DNA of 64,000 nucleotides, from positions 96,001 to 160,000 of the forward strand of contig CAXXUK010000002.1 in the NCBI GenBank assembly GCA_963665125.2, written 5' to 3'. Source of the DNA: an uncultured Desulfarculus sp. (GTDB lineage: Bacteria > Desulfobacterota > Desulfarculia > Desulfarculales > Desulfarculaceae). Numbering within the stretch: position 1 is the first letter of the stretch; every line of letters starts with the position of its first letter. Shown here one piece after another: positions 40,520 through 51,407 of the stretch. The position numbers and the translations under genes were made by a program. A model generated the notes under the pieces. That model saw nothing but the letters and a program-made list of their open reading frames with translations. It had not been told where the DNA came from and did not search any database.

Positions 40520-41382
40520 AGTACGCGTTCATGCAGCAAAACGCAGGCACATACAGCATCACGGCGCAATCCGAGGCCTTTGGCGTATCGCGTGGCGGGT
40601 ATTATGGCTGGCGGCGCAGGTTGCAAAATCCCAGCCAAAGGCAGGTGGAGCGTGAGAGGCTCGATCACCTGGTGAAAGAAGCCTTTGAAGTTCGCAAGGG
40701 CCGTAGCGGAGCAGTTGGGCTGACTCTCGATCTTGATGAGCAGGGCTGCAAATACAACCGCAAAACAGTGGCCAAAAGCATGAATAGGCAGGGCCTTGTA
40801 GCTAAAGCGGGCAGGAAGTTCAAGGCCACCACGGATTCGGATCACGGTAGGCCGGTGGCTCCAAATCTGTTGGCCCAGGACTTTAGCGCAACCGCTCCAA
40901 ATCAGAAGTGGGTCTGCGACATCACCTACCTTTGGACCGGCGAGGGCTGGTTGTATCTGGCAGTGGTGCTCGACCTGTTTTCGCGCATGGTGGTGGGCTG
41001 GGCCATGGATAAGCGTATGAAAGCCGACCTGGTCTGTGACGCCTTGCAGATGGCCTTGTGGCGGCGGCATATGCCCAAAGGTGTGATGGTCCATTCGGAT
41101 CGTGGCAGCCAGTACTGCTCCCGGAAATACCAGGCCCTCTTGGCCAAACGTGAACTGGTTTGCAGCATGAGCGGTAAGGGCAACTGTTATGACAACGCCG
41201 TGGCCGAAAGCTTCTTCCATACCCTCAAGGTGGAGTTGGTTCATGGCGAAAGCTTCGCCACTCGACAGGACTTACGCCGGGCCGTATTCGAGTATATCGA
41301 GGTTGACTACAACCGTAACAGGAGGCACAGTGCCAATGGCTACATCAGCCCGCTGGCCTTTGAAAACCAAATTGTCGCTTAA
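40516..41382 (+). CDS. IS3 transposase OrfB (DDE), -1 frame relative to OrfA
   Basis: WVCDITY, VLDLFSR, HSDRGSQY, GNCYDNAVAESFF. Confidence 0.95.
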   Translation: MKYAFMQQNAGTYSITAQSEAFGVSRGGYYGWRRRLQNPSQRQVERERLDHLVKEAFEVRKGRSGAVGLTLDLDEQGCKYNRKTVAKSMNRQGLVAKAGRKFKATTDSDHGRPVAPNLLAQDFSATAPNQKWVCDITYLWTGEGWLYLAVVLDLFSRMVVGWAMDKRMKADLVCDALQMALWRRHMPKGVMVHSDRGSQYCSRKYQALLAKRELVCSMSGKGNCYDNAVAESFFHTLKVELVHGESFATRQDLRRAVFEYIEVDYNRNRRHSANGYISPLAFENQIVA

Positions 41383-41412
41383 CCAACTGTCCGTTGTTGA
41401 TGGGCTGGATCA

Positions 41413-41449
41413 AATAACGAAAGACCGCCCCGGCATAACACCGAGGCGG
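41413..41449 (-). terminator. terminator of the acyl-CoA dehydrogenase operon
   Basis: ccgcctcgg-loop-ccggggcgg then tctttcgttatt on the minus strand. Confidence 0.5.
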
Positions 41450-41478
41450 CTCATATCAATATGATCTAATCGATCTAG

Positions 41479-42723
41479 CTATTCATATATCTTCTCATCC
41501 GGAGCACGGCTCTCCTCGGCGTCATCCTCATGATCCCTGGCGGCCTTGGAGGCGAAATACTCCTTGTACCACTCATGGGCGATGATCAGGCTCATCACCT
41601 CGTTGGAGCCGGTCCAGATGGAGGCCAGGCCCAGATCGCGCACAATGCGCTCAATGGGGAAGACATTGGTGTAGCCGATGCCGCCCATTACCTGCATGGC
41701 GTTGCGGGCGGCCTTTTGGCACGACTCGGTGATGAATTTCTTGGTCTCGGAGACCAGCCTACGCACCCTGGCCCTGGGCACGTCCGGGTTTCCCACGGCC
41801 GTGGCCGTGGTAAAGGCCATGGAGCGGCAGACATCCATGAGCATCACCGCTTCGCTGAGCTGGAAGCTCACGCCCTGGAACTGGGCGATGGGCTGGCCGA
41901 AGGCCTTGCGCCGGGTGGAGTAGCCCGTGGCGATCTCCACGGCAGGCCGGGCCGCGCCGATGGTCATGGCCGCGGTGCCCAGGCGCTCGGGGATCATCAT
42001 GGTGTTGAACACGGCATAGGCATTGTTGAGCTTGCCGACGATATTTTCCTTGGGCACCTTGACGTCCTTGAACACGATGCGGCCCGCGCCGCCGCCCCGG
42101 CAGCCCATCAGGCCGTAGAGGTATTCCACGTTCACGCCCGGCCCCCGGTCCACGATCAGGCAGGTCAGGGCCTTGTGGGGGTGGGCGTCGGGGCTGAAGT
42201 CGGTCTTGGCGTAGACCAGGAAGTAGTCGGCCCCCTCGGCGCCCACGATGAAGCGCTTCTGGCCGTTGACCAGGAAGTGGTCGCCCTTGTCCTCGGCCGT
42301 GGTGGAGGTGCCGAAAAAGTCGCTGCCGCCCCTGGGTTCGGTGAGGCACTCGGCGGCGAACATGTCGCCGGCCAACAGCGGCTTGACGTACTTTTCCTTT
42401 TGCTCGTCCGTGCCGTGCAGGACGATGGCGTCGCAGACTAGCTCGGCCCCCACGCCGAAGGTGCAGGCGAAGATGTAGCCCAGGGTGCCCACCTCTTCCA
42501 TCACCGCGCAGGTGGTGGGCCAGTCAAGACCGCGGCCGCCCCATTTTTTGGGATAGCGGCAGCCCAAAAGGTTGCGCTTGCCCGCTTCCCGCAAAAACTC
42601 GGTGGGAAACTTGATCTTGTCGGCGTCCATGTCCAGGATCATCTGGCGGGGGATGGTCTTCACGAAATCCCGCGTCTCCTGGATGATCTGCTGTTGCTCC
42701 GGTTTTACCAGCATGTCGTGCAT
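41479..42723 (-). CDS. acyl-CoA dehydrogenase
   Basis: CLTEPRGGSD, NGQKRFI, RKAFGQPI..FQ, QVMGGIGY, IWTGSNE. Confidence 0.95.
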   Translation of the reverse strand: MHDMLVKPEQQQIIQETRDFVKTIPRQMILDMDADKIKFPTEFLREAGKRNLLGCRYPKKWGGRGLDWPTTCAVMEEVGTLGYIFACTFGVGAELVCDAIVLHGTDEQKEKYVKPLLAGDMFAAECLTEPRGGSDFFGTSTTAEDKGDHFLVNGQKRFIVGAEGADYFLVYAKTDFSPDAHPHKALTCLIVDRGPGVNVEYLYGLMGCRGGGAGRIVFKDVKVPKENIVGKLNNAYAVFNTMMIPERLGTAAMTIGAARPAVEIATGYSTRRKAFGQPIAQFQGVSFQLSEAVMLMDVCRSMAFTTATAVGNPDVPRARVRRLVSETKKFITESCQKAARNAMQVMGGIGYTNVFPIERIVRDLGLASIWTGSNEVMSLIIAHEWYKEYFASKAARDHEDDAEESRAPDEKIYE

Positions 42724-42753
42724 TGTTTTTCTCCTTGGCCCGCTTTGGTCCGC

Positions 42754-44253
<1,500 letters not shown>

Positions 44254-44256
44254 AGC

Positions 44257-44664
44257 TCACCCCTGTTGTTTCCCGGTCCCTTCAAGCTGTTTCAGGCGCG
44301 CCAGCATCTTCTTGCGCACCGCCTCCAGGTCCGCCTCCATGGCCAGTATCTCCTCCTTGCGCTGGGCCAGCTCCCTCAGCTTTTTATCGCCGTATTCCAA
44401 GGACTTGTGGATCTGGTCCGCCTCGTCCATGTTCACGTCGGCCATACCGATCATCTCTGCGATCTCGTCCAGGCTGTAGCCGAAGCGCTTGCCCCGCAGG
44501 ATCAGGCGCATGCGGGCGCGGTCCCGGCGGGTGTACACCCTGTGTCCGCCGGGCGTGCGCTGGGGGCTGATCAGGCCTTTTTCCTCGTAAAAACGGATGG
44601 ATCGGGCGCTGATATCCAGATGGTCAGCCAGTTCGCTGATGGTCCAGGAGTCGTCTCGGCTCAT
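44257..44664 (-). CDS. MerR family regulator (LiuR-like)
   Basis: TISELA...RSIRFYEEKGLISP.R, LILRGKRFGYSLDEI. Confidence 0.92.
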   Translation of the reverse strand: MSRDDSWTISELADHLDISARSIRFYEEKGLISPQRTPGGHRVYTRRDRARMRLILRGKRFGYSLDEIAEMIGMADVNMDEADQIHKSLEYGDKKLRELAQRKEEILAMEADLEAVRKKMLARLKQLEGTGKQQG

Positions 44665-44678
44665 GCAGGCTCACATTC

Positions 44679-44728
44679 TTCTAGTTAACGTTAACTGGAA
44701 GTTTAGGATAGAATGCCGCTCGTGTCAA
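44679..44728 (-). promoter_or_regulatory. promoter TTGACA-N17-TAAACT with a 22-bp palindromic operator
   Basis: ttctagttaacgttaactggaa at 44679-44700, directly downstream of the -10. Confidence 0.75.
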
Positions 44729-44912
44729 TAAACAATGTTTTGTGTGGTGATTTTAGGGGATTGTTTGAGGGCAACGTGCGTATAGACATCGTCGCTTGGA
44801 AATAGTAGATTGGCTACAAAGCCGCAGGTAATAAGGTGGTATGCGGTTTTGTGCTCGAAGTGAAGGATTAGGTTCTTTGATGCGCTGTTTTGGTAGTTAA
44901 GGGGGAAGAGTC

Positions 44913-45749
44913 GTGGACTCGTTGTGTACGCTGGTGGCCTTGATCAGGGAGATACCAGGCACTTTTTGGGGTGTCGTTATTGGTGCTGTATTTTCTCTGG
45001 GTGGTGTTTATTTAACCAATCGGGCGATGTTTAAACGCATGCAAAAGCAGCATGACTACGAGAGAGAAGTTGCAATACAAGATCGCGAGATGGACTTAAA
45101 AAAGGAGATTTATTTGAAAGCATATAAAGCCGCAAGAAGGATTCGTAATGGAGTAATGGATTTTGTTAATACAGGACTGCCTGCATCAGAAATTAACAAA
45201 ATGCACACTGATGATTTAGATGATTTGAGTCAGGCGTGTATTATCGCTGACCGTGATACATTTAGGCTTATCCAAGAATTTCTTTGCTATCAACAGGAAG
45301 GAAAAATTAATGTTGCAATGCTACGAAAAGAAATTGAACCACACATAATAAAGAAAGAAAATCTCAAACAACAATTTAACTTTTGGCTTGAGGTTCAGAA
45401 GGATCGGGTGCTTAATACACAACATCACAATGAGTCAACACCTGATGGAACCACGTCAATAGCAAACGGACTTAACGAGACGATATTTATTGTAAACGAG
45501 TGCAATAAGCTAACCGAAGAGTTAGCTAAAAACCAACTGGAAATCGATAAAAAACAGTTTTTATTAGCAAAGGAAAGTTTGGATGTTGGACGTAAATTGA
45601 GTGAGTTGTTGCATCCTATACTTGTTGCATTTCGAGAAGAGTTGCGACTGCCAATAGATGTAAATGATTATTACAATACAGTAAATCAATCATTGATGAA
45701 ACGTGACTCACTCATTAATGAGTGTATGGAAAAATTATCACCATTTTAA
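44913..45749 (+). CDS. AT-rich hypothetical protein (N-terminal TM helix, coiled coil)
   Basis: 278-aa ORF with GGGGGAAG RBS; composition unlike its flanks. Confidence 0.7.
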   Translation: MDSLCTLVALIREIPGTFWGVVIGAVFSLGGVYLTNRAMFKRMQKQHDYEREVAIQDREMDLKKEIYLKAYKAARRIRNGVMDFVNTGLPASEINKMHTDDLDDLSQACIIADRDTFRLIQEFLCYQQEGKINVAMLRKEIEPHIIKKENLKQQFNFWLEVQKDRVLNTQHHNESTPDGTTSIANGLNETIFIVNECNKLTEELAKNQLEIDKKQFLLAKESLDVGRKLSELLHPILVAFREELRLPIDVNDYYNTVNQSLMKRDSLINECMEKLSPF

Positions 45750-45767
45750 AAACCTTTTGTTTATAAA

Positions 45768-46658
45768 TTAAGCTCGATCATAGGCCTCGCCATCCCGTTT
45801 CACCCGCCCCTGCTTGATCAACTCATCCAGGTGTTTGGACACCATCTGGTATTCGAAAAAGCGCAGCAGGGCCTCCATGTAGGGGAACCCTCCGTAGATG
45901 GGTGATTCATCCACCAGTTCGGCCAGGGTCTTGGGCCGGTCCAGCATGGCCGCTATCTTGTCGTTGCGCCGGTCGATGACCGCCTCGAAGGCCGCCAATT
46001 TGGCCGGGATATCGCGGTCCACCGGCGGGAAGTGGCAACTGGCCATGATCTTGGGCTTCAGTTCCAGGCACTTGGCCAGGGAGGCCCGGAACTGGCCGAT
46101 GTGGCACTCCGGGTTGCCGTACCACGGGCCGAACGGCGTGAAATCGATGTCGCCGCTGAGCAGCAGGCCCTCCTCGGGCAGCCAGAAGCAGTAGTGGTCG
46201 GCCAGGTGGCCCGGCGTGTATATGGCCTCCAGCCGGGCCGCGCCCACCTCGATGATCTGGCCCGGCTCAAACCAGCCGTCGGGCCGCCTGTCCCGGAAGT
46301 CCAGGTCTCTGGTCACAAACTCCATCCACACGGCCCTGGCTTCGTCCTGGTCCACCAGGCGCGGGGCCAGCTTGGCCTTGACTCCGGCCGTGTCCCAGGA
46401 CTGGCGCGGCACCAGTATCTCCACGCCCTCGAAGAGCCAGTTGCCCGGCACATGGTCCGGGTGGGTGTGGCTGTTTATAACCAGGTCCACCTTGTCGGCC
46501 CAGGGCCGCAGCACCTCGATGCCCGCTCCGGTGTCGATGATGGCCGTCTCGCCACGGCTCTTGATGACCAGGGAGTGGGCCCAGGGAAAGCGGCCCTTGT
46601 TTTGGGCGGCCAGCAAATAGACCGGCCCGGCGATGTGGATCAACTCACCCTGCTTCAT
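45768..46658 (-). CDS. MBL-fold metallo-hydrolase
   Basis: IIDTGAG, SHTHPDH, TPGH..DH, SGDID. Confidence 0.92.
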   Translation of the reverse strand: MKQGELIHIAGPVYLLAAQNKGRFPWAHSLVIKSRGETAIIDTGAGIEVLRPWADKVDLVINSHTHPDHVPGNWLFEGVEILVPRQSWDTAGVKAKLAPRLVDQDEARAVWMEFVTRDLDFRDRRPDGWFEPGQIIEVGAARLEAIYTPGHLADHYCFWLPEEGLLLSGDIDFTPFGPWYGNPECHIGQFRASLAKCLELKPKIMASCHFPPVDRDIPAKLAAFEAVIDRRNDKIAAMLDRPKTLAELVDESPIYGGFPYMEALLRFFEYQMVSKHLDELIKQGRVKRDGEAYDRA

Positions 46659-46671
46659 GAAACGCGCTTTC

Positions 46672-47565
46672 TCAGGCTGTGCGGAATTTGCCCGCTTCGA
46701 AAACCACCCGCTTGTCGGCCAACAACTCATCAAGGTGCTTGCCCATCATCTGCCGCTCGAAATAGTGAATCAAGCGGAACCTCTTGACCCGCTCCGGGGA
46801 GTAGATGATCCCCGCCTCGATGATCTCGGGCCAAGTGTGGGGCTTTTCCAGCAGCGTCAGCAGGCCCGCTTCTCGGCGCTGGAATATGGCCAGGTAATCC
46901 ACCAGGGCCTCGTCGATACCTTCGACCACCGGCGTCCGGTGGGCCGGGGCCATGACCTTGGGCTTGAACTCCCCGATGCGCCGCACCGAGCGCCGGAACA
47001 GGCCGATGTCCGACTCGGGGTTGGCGTACCACGGGCCGAATGTGGTCAGGTCGATATCTCCGCTGAATACGACGCCCTCGTCGGGCAGATAAAAGCTGGT
47101 GTGGTCATAGGTGTGGCCCGGCGTATCCAGGGCGACCACCTTGACGCCGCCGATGTCCAGTTCCTCGTCGGGCTGGAAAAAGCCGCTGGGCTGGGTGTCG
47201 CGCATGCCCGCGCTTTCCCTGGCCGAGCGCAGCCAGCCCTTGACCTGGCTGTCGGTCTTGACATAGCGCCTGCTGAGCTTGTCCATGCTTCCGGCCGTGG
47301 CAAAGGAATACTCGGGCACCATGATTTTTTTGCCCTCAAAGTTCCAGTTGCCCCCGGCGTGGTCGGAGTGGGTGTGGGTGTTCAAGACGATGTCCACCTT
47401 GTCGACCCAGGGTTTGATAACCTTCGGGCCGCAACAGGGGTCGATGATGGCCGTTACGCCGCGGCCCTGGATGACCATGCTGTTGCAGTGGGGAAAGCGT
47501 CCCTTGTTTTGGCCGGCGATCAGCGAGGCCGATTTGCTCAGGCGAATGACTTCACCGGGGGGCAT
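46672..47565 (-). CDS. MBL-fold metallo-hydrolase (paralogue of the neighbour)
   Basis: THTHSDH, TPGHT.DH, SGDIDLTTFGPWY. Confidence 0.92.
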   Translation of the reverse strand: MPPGEVIRLSKSASLIAGQNKGRFPHCNSMVIQGRGVTAIIDPCCGPKVIKPWVDKVDIVLNTHTHSDHAGGNWNFEGKKIMVPEYSFATAGSMDKLSRRYVKTDSQVKGWLRSARESAGMRDTQPSGFFQPDEELDIGGVKVVALDTPGHTYDHTSFYLPDEGVVFSGDIDLTTFGPWYANPESDIGLFRRSVRRIGEFKPKVMAPAHRTPVVEGIDEALVDYLAIFQRREAGLLTLLEKPHTWPEIIEAGIIYSPERVKRFRLIHYFERQMMGKHLDELLADKRVVFEAGKFRTA

Positions 47566-49205
47566 TATTCGCATGCTTTGATCATTTTCCGTATTTTGTC
47601 ATGATGGACCCTGGTTTCCTTGACGGCCTGTTCCGAGCTTATCAGACGGAAACGCACCGCGTCGCCGGGCTTGGCGTTGGCCAGCTTGTCCAGATCCGGG
47701 CCGATTACCGTGGCCAGCTTGGCATAGCCGCCCACGGTCTGTTCTCGCATCAACACCACCGGCTCACCGTTGGCAGGGACCTGAACGACCCCGGGGGTGA
47801 CCGGCTCGCTGATCACCTTGGCGCAGGCGGAGGTCAGCCCCATTATCTCCCCCTCCAGGCGCACTCCCCGGCGGTCCGAGTTGATGCCCACCTTGAAAGT
47901 CCTGGAGGCCAGGGAGCGCAGGGCCGAGGGCTGGAAAAGCTCGTCATTGGGTCCGGGAACGGCCCGAAGCACCAGCGGCGATTGGACCACGGGCTGGAAT
48001 TGAAGCGGCAGCAAGGCCTGGGTGTTGGGGTTGCCTGGTGCATGGGCCCGCAAGACCTCGCCCTTGGCCAGGGGCGCGCCGACAAGTCCGGAGGGAAACG
48101 CCGAACGGCTGCCCAGCCATGGCTTGGCCGCCAGACCGCCGGAAACGGCCAGGATGGCCCGGGCTCCGCCCAGCGGTCCGCCGAACTGCAGCATCTGGCC
48201 CTGGCGCAGGAGAAGGGCCGACCACATGGCCGACGGCAGATTGTCGATGCGCGGGCCGAGGTCCGAGCCGCAAACGGCCACCACGACATCGCGCAGGGCC
48301 CTGAGTTTGGGACCCAGCAGGGTCATCTCCAGGGCCGCCGCGCCGGGATCGTTGCCCACCAGTGTGTTGGCCACGGCCAGGGCGGTTTGATCCAGAGCGC
48401 CGCTGACGGCGGCTCCCATTTGCTGTGATCCCCGGCGGCCCGTGTCCTGGATCAGGCTCATCCCGCCCGGTCGCAGCACCTCCAGCACGGGAGTGGAACC
48501 GCTTTCCCAGAGGTTCGCCGGAACGGGCGGCGCCGGGAAATCCTCGGCCTTGGAATTGATGAAGCGCACCCGGTCTCCGGCGTTGATCAGGCAGACCGGA
48601 TCGCGCCATGGCGCATAGGCCAAAAGCGGCGTGCGGCCGATTATGCGCCAGCCGCCCGGCCCGCCCAGGGGGTACAGGCCGGTCTGGGCCCCGCCTATGC
48701 CCACCGCGCCGGCGGGCAGGGACACACGCGGTGAATCCAGCCGGGGACAGGCCAGGGATTGATCCAGGCCGCCCAGGTAGGGAAAACCGGGAGTGAAGCC
48801 GACAAAGTGGCAAAAATATTCGCCCCGGCTGTGCAGGGCAATTACCTCGGACTGACTCAGGCCGCAACGCCTGGCCACGAAACTCAGATCCGGACCCTCG
48901 TCTCCGCCGTAGCTTACCGGCACCTCCACCGTGCGCCGGGGCTGTTCATTGGCCATGTCCATGGCCGAGGCGGCGGCGCCAATACCCGCTGAAATCAGCT
49001 TGTGGTCGGTGATCATGGGGTCAAACCGCACCTGCACCGAGGAAAAGGCGCGGGTCAGGTCGACTTGGCCCGGCAGGGGGTGGCTTTCCAAATGACGGAC
49101 CAGGGCCGTGGTATTGGCATGGGAAGCCTCATCTATGGCGTGGCTGAAATAGGCCACCACCGCGGCGTCGCCCTGGGCTTTGCATATTGGCCGGACCGCG
49201 GTCAT
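47565..49205 (-). CDS. pxpBC: 5-oxoprolinase subunit B/C fusion (allophanate hydrolase subunit 1+2 like)
   Basis: VPVSYGG..GPDL, GFTPGFPYL, PGGWRIIGRT; then QDTGR, ALEMTLLGP, SDRRGVRL, TVGGYAK. Confidence 0.88.
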   Translation of the reverse strand: MTAVRPICKAQGDAAVVAYFSHAIDEASHANTTALVRHLESHPLPGQVDLTRAFSSVQVRFDPMITDHKLISAGIGAAASAMDMANEQPRRTVEVPVSYGGDEGPDLSFVARRCGLSQSEVIALHSRGEYFCHFVGFTPGFPYLGGLDQSLACPRLDSPRVSLPAGAVGIGGAQTGLYPLGGPGGWRIIGRTPLLAYAPWRDPVCLINAGDRVRFINSKAEDFPAPPVPANLWESGSTPVLEVLRPGGMSLIQDTGRRGSQQMGAAVSGALDQTALAVANTLVGNDPGAAALEMTLLGPKLRALRDVVVAVCGSDLGPRIDNLPSAMWSALLLRQGQMLQFGGPLGGARAILAVSGGLAAKPWLGSRSAFPSGLVGAPLAKGEVLRAHAPGNPNTQALLPLQFQPVVQSPLVLRAVPGPNDELFQPSALRSLASRTFKVGINSDRRGVRLEGEIMGLTSACAKVISEPVTPGVVQVPANGEPVVLMREQTVGGYAKLATVIGPDLDKLANAKPGDAVRFRLISSEQAVKETRVHHDKIRKMIKACE

Positions 49206-49975
49206 ACCAGGCGGTCCAGGGGCGAAACCAGCACTCCGGCCTGTTCCAGGGCCGAGCGCAGCAGGTGGGCCGTTTCCAGGGCCGCCGGGCTGTCGCCGTG
49301 CAGACAGATGGTCTGGGCCTCAATTTCCACCTGGGTTCCGTCCAGGCTGGCCACCGTGCCCGCGGTGACCAGCTGCAGGCATTGGTCAACGGCGGCTTTG
49401 GGGTCGTGAATCAGGGCCCGGGGGTGGTTGCGGGGCGTGAGGGTGCCGTCGGCCTGATAGGTGCGGTCGGCAAAAAACTCGGCCGCCACCCGCAATCCGG
49501 CCGCCTTGGCCTGTTTGCGCAAAGCGCTGCCGGCCGGCCCGGCCAAAACGACCAAGACAAGCGAATCATCAAAGGCGGCCACGGCGTCGATGACGGCCTT
49601 GGCCGTGCCGGGGTCTTTGACCGCGGTGTTGTACAGCGCGCCGTGGGGCTTGACATGGGCCAGAGCCAGACCTTGGGCCCTGGCCAGACCCTGCAAGGCG
49701 CCGAGCTGATACAGCACGTCGCTACGGACCTGGTCATAGCTGGCCTGCATGGCCCGGCGGCCGAAACCCACCAGATCCGGATAACCCGGATGGGCGCCCA
49801 CGGATACGCCGGATTTTGCGCATTGGGCCAGAGCCCGCTCCATCACCAGCGGATCTCCGGCGTGAAAGCCGCAGGCCAGGTTGGCGCTGGTCACCAACCT
49901 GAGCATATCCTGGTCGGTTCCAAAATCGTAGCGGCCGTAACCTTCACCCATGTCGCAGTTGAGATCGATTGGCAT
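49202..49975 (-). CDS. pxpA: 5-oxoprolinase subunit A (LamB/YcsF)
   Basis: IDLNCDMGE, ANLACGFHAGDP, GAHPGYPD..GFGRR, HVKPHGALYN, CLHGD. Confidence 0.95.
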   Translation of the reverse strand: MPIDLNCDMGEGYGRYDFGTDQDMLRLVTSANLACGFHAGDPLVMERALAQCAKSGVSVGAHPGYPDLVGFGRRAMQASYDQVRSDVLYQLGALQGLARAQGLALAHVKPHGALYNTAVKDPGTAKAVIDAVAAFDDSLVLVVLAGPAGSALRKQAKAAGLRVAAEFFADRTYQADGTLTPRNHPRALIHDPKAAVDQCLQLVTAGTVASLDGTQVEIEAQTICLHGDSPAALETAHLLRSALEQAGVLVSPLDRLV

Positions 49976-50093
49976 CAGAGGCCTCCGACCGACAAGTTTA
50001 ACCTGACTAACGCGCTCAGCCAAGCGCAACCCCTTGACACCAGGTTTCAGGTGGGCGAAATTCAGGGTAAGTAGGTAATAAAGGGAGAGCTGC

Positions 50094-51398
50094 TTGCCTA
50101 GACGCATCATTGATATTTTTTGTCTTGTCGTATTCGCGGTGATATCCGTCACCGGCCCAGCTTTAGCCGAACAAGTGATTAAAATCGGGGTGTTGTATCC
50201 ACTGAGCGGCCCCAGGGCACCCATGGGGAAAAACCTGGTGGCCGGCGCCGAGCTGGCGGTCCATATCATCAACACCCTTCAGCCCGAGTTGGACATGCCC
50301 ATGGCAAAAAACAAGGGCATCGGCTCCATGAAGGGCGCGCATATTGAACTGATCGTGGCCGACACAGGCGACAACACCTTCCAGGCGGCCAGGGAAGCCA
50401 CGCGGCTGATCGAGCGGGAAGGCGTGACCGGCATCATGGGCTGCTATGTCTGCGAGCAGACGGATGCCGTGGCCGACATCTGCGAAAGGCGGGGTGTTCC
50501 GATGATCACCTCGTGCAGCACGGCCTATGATCTGAGCCATGAAGGCCGCAGGTGGTTTTGGCGCATCACTCCCCATGACGGCACATTTGTTGAAGAGTTG
50601 TTTGATTTTTTAAACGACGTCGTCGACGGCAAGGCGCCGGGTGTGCCCAAGCAAAAGCGGGTCGATATGCAGATGTTGGCCAGCGCCTGCGGGGATAACG
50701 AATGGGGCGAGGCCAACAGCCGAACCATCCGTTTAATTGCGGTGCGCAGGGGGTTTTCCATCGGCGCAAGCCTGATCTTTACGCGGGATATGCCGGATCA
50801 ACTCACCACCGCCCGCCGCATGAAGCCCATCAGACCTGCCTGCGTGCTTATTGCCGCCCATGAAAACGACGCGGTGAACCTGTTCCAGGCCATGGAGCAG
50901 ATCAGCCTGCAACCTAGGATAATATGGGGCCAAAACGCCGGATTTCTGAGCGATGGCTTTCGGGCCTTGGGTTCAAAGGTGGAGGGCGTTTGCACCCGCA
51001 CGCTGTTTTCGGTGACCCTGGCCAACCGGATTCCCCTCTCCCGCCAGGTCAACTTCATGTTCAGGCAGCGTACGGGCCGCGACATGGATGACGCATCGGC
51101 CAGGGCCTTCACCGGCATCCAGACATGGTGGTACCTGTTGCAAAAGGCCGGTTCGGCCCGTCCCGAAGACATCAACAAGGCGGCAGGCGAACTGAATATC
51201 CCGGGCAAGGAACTCATTGTCCCCTGGCAAGGCATCAGATTCGGATCGATAATAGACGAACCGGGCCAGAACAGCCTTGGCCGGGGGCTGATCGGCCAAT
51301 ATCAGATCAAAGACGGCCAATTGCGCCTGGAGATCATCTACCCCTTCGACTTGGCCACGGCCAAGATGATCTTCCCCATGCCCTGGCGCGAAAAATAA
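50094..51398 (+). CDS. branched-chain amino acid-type ABC substrate-binding protein
   Basis: Signal peptide, IKIGVLYPLSG, ELIVADT, WRITPHD. Confidence 0.88.
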   Translation: MPRRIIDIFCLVVFAVISVTGPALAEQVIKIGVLYPLSGPRAPMGKNLVAGAELAVHIINTLQPELDMPMAKNKGIGSMKGAHIELIVADTGDNTFQAAREATRLIEREGVTGIMGCYVCEQTDAVADICERRGVPMITSCSTAYDLSHEGRRWFWRITPHDGTFVEELFDFLNDVVDGKAPGVPKQKRVDMQMLASACGDNEWGEANSRTIRLIAVRRGFSIGASLIFTRDMPDQLTTARRMKPIRPACVLIAAHENDAVNLFQAMEQISLQPRIIWGQNAGFLSDGFRALGSKVEGVCTRTLFSVTLANRIPLSRQVNFMFRQRTGRDMDDASARAFTGIQTWWYLLQKAGSARPEDINKAAGELNIPGKELIVPWQGIRFGSIIDEPGQNSLGRGLIGQYQIKDGQLRLEIIYPFDLATAKMIFPMPWREK

Positions 51399-51407
51399 TC
51401 CATAGAA

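Larger units (their letters stand above)
40157..41412 (+). mobile_element. IS3 family insertion sequence, 1256 bp
   Basis: TG...CA ends; IRL tgatccagcccagttttgacggaca vs IRR complement tgatccagcccatcaacaacggaca (19 of 25); orfA/orfB. Confidence 0.95.

Noticed and set aside
49976..50275. 100-aa N-terminal extension of PxpA
   Set aside because: Overlaps the divergent binding-protein gene; the family start MPIDLN has a GGAGG RBS
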